Shown piece after piece: positions 54,281-64,000 of a stretch of DNA of 64,000 nt (its first letter is position 1; each line of letters opens with the position of its first letter). The DNA lies in the NCBI RefSeq assembly GCF_009914755.1, contig NC_060943.1. One strand, written 5' to 3'. The position numbers and the translations under genes were made by a program. Origin of the DNA: the human T2T-CHM13v2.0 reference genome, Homo sapiens. The notes under the pieces were generated by a model. It was given only the letters and a program-made list of their open reading frames with translations. It did not search any database and was not told the origin of the DNA.

Positions 54281-55480
54281 GTATTAGTTATTTATGGCTG
54301 TATAACAAATCACCCCAAGATCCAGCAATCCCACAACTCAATATACATACAGAGGAAATGAAATCAGTATGTCAAAGAGATCTCCGTATTCCCTTGTTCA
54401 TTACAGCACTACTCACAATAGCCAAGATATGGAATGAACCTAAGTTGCCATCAACAGATGAATGGATAAAGAAAATGTGGTACATAGACACAATGGAGTA
54501 CTATTCTGCCTTAAAAAGAAGGAAATTTTGTTCCTGGCAACAACATAGACAAATCTGGAGGATACTGTAAGTGAAATAACCCAGAAATAAGCCAGCCAAA
54601 TAAGCCAAAGAAAAACAAATACCACATGATCTCACTCGCATGGAGATTGTAAAAAAGTTAAAGTAAATAGGGAGTAGAAAGGTAATGGTTATAGGTGGTG
54701 GAGGGTTGAGGAGATGTTGGTCTAAGGGCACAGATTTTTAATTAGATAGGAGGAATAAGTTCAAGAGATCTATTGTATAATATGGCCACTATGGTTAATT
54801 ACAACTATAATTATTCTATAATTATCTAATTATACTATAATATTCAAGAATGTATTTTACTCTTGAAAATTGCTAAGAGAATAAAAAATCACCCCCAAAC
54901 CTGGCAACTTAAAAGAACAACAATTATTTATTTTACTCACAAATCTGCAGTTTAGAGGTTTGTCAGGGACAGTTCTCTGCTCTGCAAGGTGTTAGCTGAA
55001 TAGCATCAGAATCTGCTTTGAAGAAGACAACTACTTTCCTAGCTATTTTCTGGGAAGTGTGAGCTTGGGACCTCATTCCTATTCATATGATCCTTTCCTC
55101 TGGCTCCTTGAACTTCCTCACAACATGGTGGCTGGATTCCAAGAGCAAGCATTCTAAGAGAACAAGGCATGTCTTTTTTTTTTTTTTTTTTTTTTGAGAC
55201 AGGGTCTCCCTTTGTTGCCCAGACTAGTCTTGAACTCCTGGGCTCACACAATCCGCCCACCTCAGCCTCCCAAAGTGCTGGAATTACAGACATGAGCCAC
55301 CATGCCTGGCCTATGCATAGCATTTGTATGATCCAGCTTTGGAAGTCATATCATCGCTTCCACTTTATTAGTCAAGGCAGTAGGGACTGCTCAAGCTCAA
55401 GGGAAGAGACATAGACCCCATCTCTTGATTCTAGAAGCATGTGGAATAGGAGATATTATTGTCGCTATCTGTAGAAAGTA
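54281..55480. mobile_element. MLT1 (-) interrupted by L1MA 3' end (+, 54320-54885) and an Alu monomer (55172-55311)
   Basis: L1 ORF2 end (IAKIWNEPKLPSTDEWIKKMW); TSD aaatcacccc. Confidence 0.82.
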
Positions 55481-55952
55481 AAATCTGACATACTCTCAAA
55501 GGCAGTGTAGGGTAGACTGGAATATCCCACTTGGTCCCTCGTTGCCCACTCTCTGGGAAAAGGGGGATGTTTTACTGCAGAGGATGGGAGGGTGAAGACC
55601 CAGCAAGGTCTTGGCCTTGGAGCTCTAAGAATCCAAGAATCTAATAATAGTTTTAGGGACAAGAGGGTCACTTGGAGAGAAGGTGTCTCTTTGGGGGATA
55701 TTTAAGGATCCATGGGCTGGACCTGCCTTTTATTAAATAACTACTAAAGATCTCTAGATAACTCATGGCTAGCTCTGGAAGAAGATCCTAGACATAGCAC
55801 GAAGGTCAAGATCCTAGACATTGGGGCCAGGTAGGCCACCGTCCCAGTTCCAGCTATCTATGTATTCCTTGGTCACTATCTATGTATTCCTTGTCTGCTG
55901 CAGCCTCAGTTTCCTCATTTGTAAAATTGGTATAAAAATAATATATAGTACA

Positions 55953-57305
55953 GGACCGGGCACGGTGGCTCACGCCTGTAATCCCAGCACTTAGGGAGGC
56001 CGAGGCAGGCAGATCTTGAGGTCAGGAGATCAAGACCATCCTGGCGAACACTGTGAAAACCCATCTCTACTAAAAATACAAAAAAAATTAGCCGGGCGCG
56101 GTGGCAGGCACCTGTAGTCCCAGCTACTCAGGAGGCTGAGGCAAAAGAATGGCATGAACCCGGGAGGCAGAGCTTGCAGTGAGCAGAGATGGCGCCACGG
56201 CACTCCAGCCTGGGCAACAGAGCGAGACTCCATCTCAAAAAATAATAATAATAATAAGTAGTAGTAGTAGAGGTTAGGTGAAGCCTGAGACCTGGTGGTG
56301 TATGAGCCAGAGCAGAATCCAGAGTAAAACCCAGTATTGTTGTTGCCTCAGGCCCTCTGTGGCCAGCATCTATCTCCATCTGTGCCATCAGTGCCTGCCC
56401 CTATAGGGGCACTAGCTGTTCCAACCGGGTCACCCTGGCTGAATTGAAGATAACTTATAAAAAGCCACATCTTGGCTGGGCGCGGTGGCTCACGCCTGTA
56501 ATCCCAACACTTTGGGAAGCTGAGGCAGGTGGATTACCTGAGGTCAGGAGTTCAAGATGAGCCTGGGCAACATGGTGAAACCCCGCCTCTACTAAAAATA
56601 CAAAAATTAGCTGGGCATGGTGGCACACACCTGTAATCCCCACGTACTTGGGAGGCTGAGGCAGGAGAATTGCTTGAACTCAGGAGGTGGAAGTTGCAGC
56701 CAGCCAAGATCGCGCCACTGCACTCCAGCCTGGGCGACAGGGTAAGACTCCATGTAAAAAAAAAAACAAAGAGCCACAACTTTAAAGTTGTGGAAATTGG
56801 ATGCCATTAACATTGTCAACAAAAGTTTTTGAAATACCAGCCGGGCGCAGTGGCTCACACCTGTAATCCCAGCATTTTGAGAGGCTGAGGAAGGTGGATC
56901 ACCTGAGGTCAGGAGTTTGACACCAGCCTGGCCAACATGGCAAAACTCCATCCCTGCAAAAAATACAAAAATTAGCAGGGCATGGTGGCATGCACCTGTA
57001 GTCCCAGCTACTCAGGAGGCTGAGGCAGGAGAATCGCTTGAACCCAGGAGGCAGAGGTTGCAGTGAGCTGACACCATTGTACTCCAGTCCGGGCGACAGA
57101 GCAAGACTCTGTCAAAAAAATAAAATTGAAATATCTAAGAATAAGGCCAGGTGCAGTAGCTCATGCCTATAATCCCAGCACTATGGGAGGCCAAGATAGG
57201 AGGATTGCTTGAGGCCAGGAGTTCGAGGCTGCAGTGAGCTGCGATTGCACCATTGCACTCCAGCCTGGATAACAGAACAAGATCCTGTCTCTAAAAAATA
57301 AAAAG
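55953..57305 (+). mobile_element. Alus: AluY 55953-56270, 56474-56770, 56839-57125, monomer 57145-57305
   Basis: Alu consensus. Confidence 0.92.
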
Positions 57306-57329
57306 AAAAGTTTAAAAAAAAGTTTTTTA

Positions 57330-61065
<3,736 letters not shown>

Positions 61066-61282
61066 TTAAAATGGTGGCCACTACCCAAGTCAAATGAAAT
61101 CTTCCCCCTCCATGGTCCCTGGACAAGGGAATGTTACTCTTACAAATCTTCTGTTGACAATACATTTTGATTGTTTGGGTTTTTTGTTTGTTGACAAATA
61201 ATTGCATATATTCATGGGAAACATAGTGATATTTCAATAAAGAAAATGTATGATGATCAGAGCAGGGTAATTTCATGTCCTT

Positions 61283-62027
61283 TGTGAAAGGAAAATAAAT
61301 CTCCTCCAGAAATCACTAAGCCAAAGGGAAAAGTCAAGATGGGACATCCATCAGGCAAACATGCCTCCTGTTTTATTCCTAAATAAGATAACTACAAAAA
61401 TTTAAAAAGCTACACAGTTCCCTCAAAATATGTCAGAAAGGAAATTTCTTGTGAGCCTCAAGATCTTTATCCTGAAACAGTTCTGTTGAATTTCACCCTG
61501 GCAATGTAAATTGATAACTGATACCTTATCTTCACAGATGGGGGACAAAGGACAGACAGAACCCAACGCCATCCCTCTTCTCACCTGAGACAAATGCATA
61601 TCTGATGGCTTCCTCTGCCCAGTTGTTTATGTAAAAATGCAGATTCACTAAGCGAGACTCAGGCATAAGTGACTACTCCTCTATGGCGTCTCACATATAA
61701 ATTGTGTATTCAGTGAAAGACTTATCAGAGACTCAAAAGAATGCAACTGTTGGTCTCTTATCTATCTGTGACCTGGAAGCACCCCACCCCCCAACCCTGG
61801 TAGGTGCATCAAGTTGTCCCATCTTTCCAGACAGAACCAATATACATCTTACATATATTGAGTGGTGTCCATGTCTCCTTAAAATGTATAAAGTGAAGCT
61901 GTGCCCCAACCGCCTTGGGCACATGTCATCAGGACCTCCTGAGGCTGTGTCACAGGAGTGTCCTTAACCTTGGCAAGATAAACTTTCTAAATTGATTGCA
62001 ACCTGTCTCAGATACTTTTGGATCACA
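61283..62027 (+). mobile_element. MER4A-type ERV1 solo LTR
   Basis: Starts TGTGAAAGGAAAATAAATCT, ends ...ttttggatcaca; approximate 4-bp TSD cctt/cctc. Confidence 0.88.
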
Positions 62028-62119
62028 CCTCTAACAAGCCTCCCCCTATCCCTTCCCACCCTCTAGTATCCTACATTTTTGAGTGGTAGAAGTTCCAAGC
62101 TAGGAGGAATTGGTCTTAA

Positions 62120-62575
62120 AGATAGTCTAACAACATTCTCAAATTTTAGGATGTTTCCAAGTCATCTGGAGGGCTTGTCAAAACACATATTTCTGGAGCC
62201 CAATCCCAGAGTTTCTGATTTAGTAAGTCTGGGGTGGGGCCCAGAAATTGGATTTTCTCAAAAGTTTACAGTTGATGCTGATGCAGCTGGTGTAACCCTT
62301 TCCTTCTACACATATGAAAGCTGGCTCCAACAGAGATGGTGTGAATGGTGCAGCTAGTTGTACAAAGTGCTGTCCAGTAAGAACCTTCTGTGATGATGTA
62401 CATGCTCTTCTGTCCTCCCCAACACCGTAGCCACATGTGGTTACTGAGCACTTAAAACGTGGCTAGTGCAACTGAGACTTCATATTTTTAATGCAATTAA
62501 TCTTAATGAATTTTAATTCATATGATCGCATATCATACTTACTAGAGTAAGTACCATGTTGGACACCACATTTCT
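62120..62575. mobile_element. MER5-type and MER3-type hAT MITEs
   Basis: ctgatttagtaagtctggggtggggccc; tagccacatgtggttactgagcactt. Confidence 0.7.
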
Positions 62576-62724
62576 ACAAGTGAGGTCTCCTGACTCCCAA
62601 GCCAGTAAACTTTCTAATACACAGTACTGCCTTCTGTTTTCAAGCCACTAAGGATGTATGCAAGAGGAGAATCTCTAGGTCTTAGTAAACCTACATGCTC
62701 AACTTGCCAATAGACATTGTCAAA

Positions 62725-64000
<1,276 letters not shown>

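Overview
Primate (very probably human chr19q13.32) intronic DNA, dominated by Alu, L1, L2/MIR, MaLR/ERV LTRs and DNA-transposon fossils. No intact protein-coding gene is present. Recognisable gene-derived pieces: (1) an isolated PPP5C exon-3 copy on the minus strand (533-680), consistent with the partial duplicate PPP5D1P, whose long upstream intron would cover the rest of the window; (2) a disabled PNMA8B-like gene copy on the plus strand (7267-9242) that keeps an RFX/CCAAT promoter-like module and a 195-codon residual ORF, is split by an Alu and is truncated at an Alu fragment; (3) a full-length GAPDH processed pseudogene inserted at the TATA region of a THE1 LTR; (4) a degraded gamma-type retroviral env TM remnant (~35.6-35.9 kb). 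The most interesting non-annotated structure is an old, diverged ~37-kb-spaced duplication (15.5-18.75 kb vs 52.8-55.8 kb) that preserves a CCAAT + RFX X-box + CTCF module, with a third related CTCF site at 11.3 kb. Locus and repeat-subfamily names are from recognition/memory, not database searches, and repeat boundaries are approximate.
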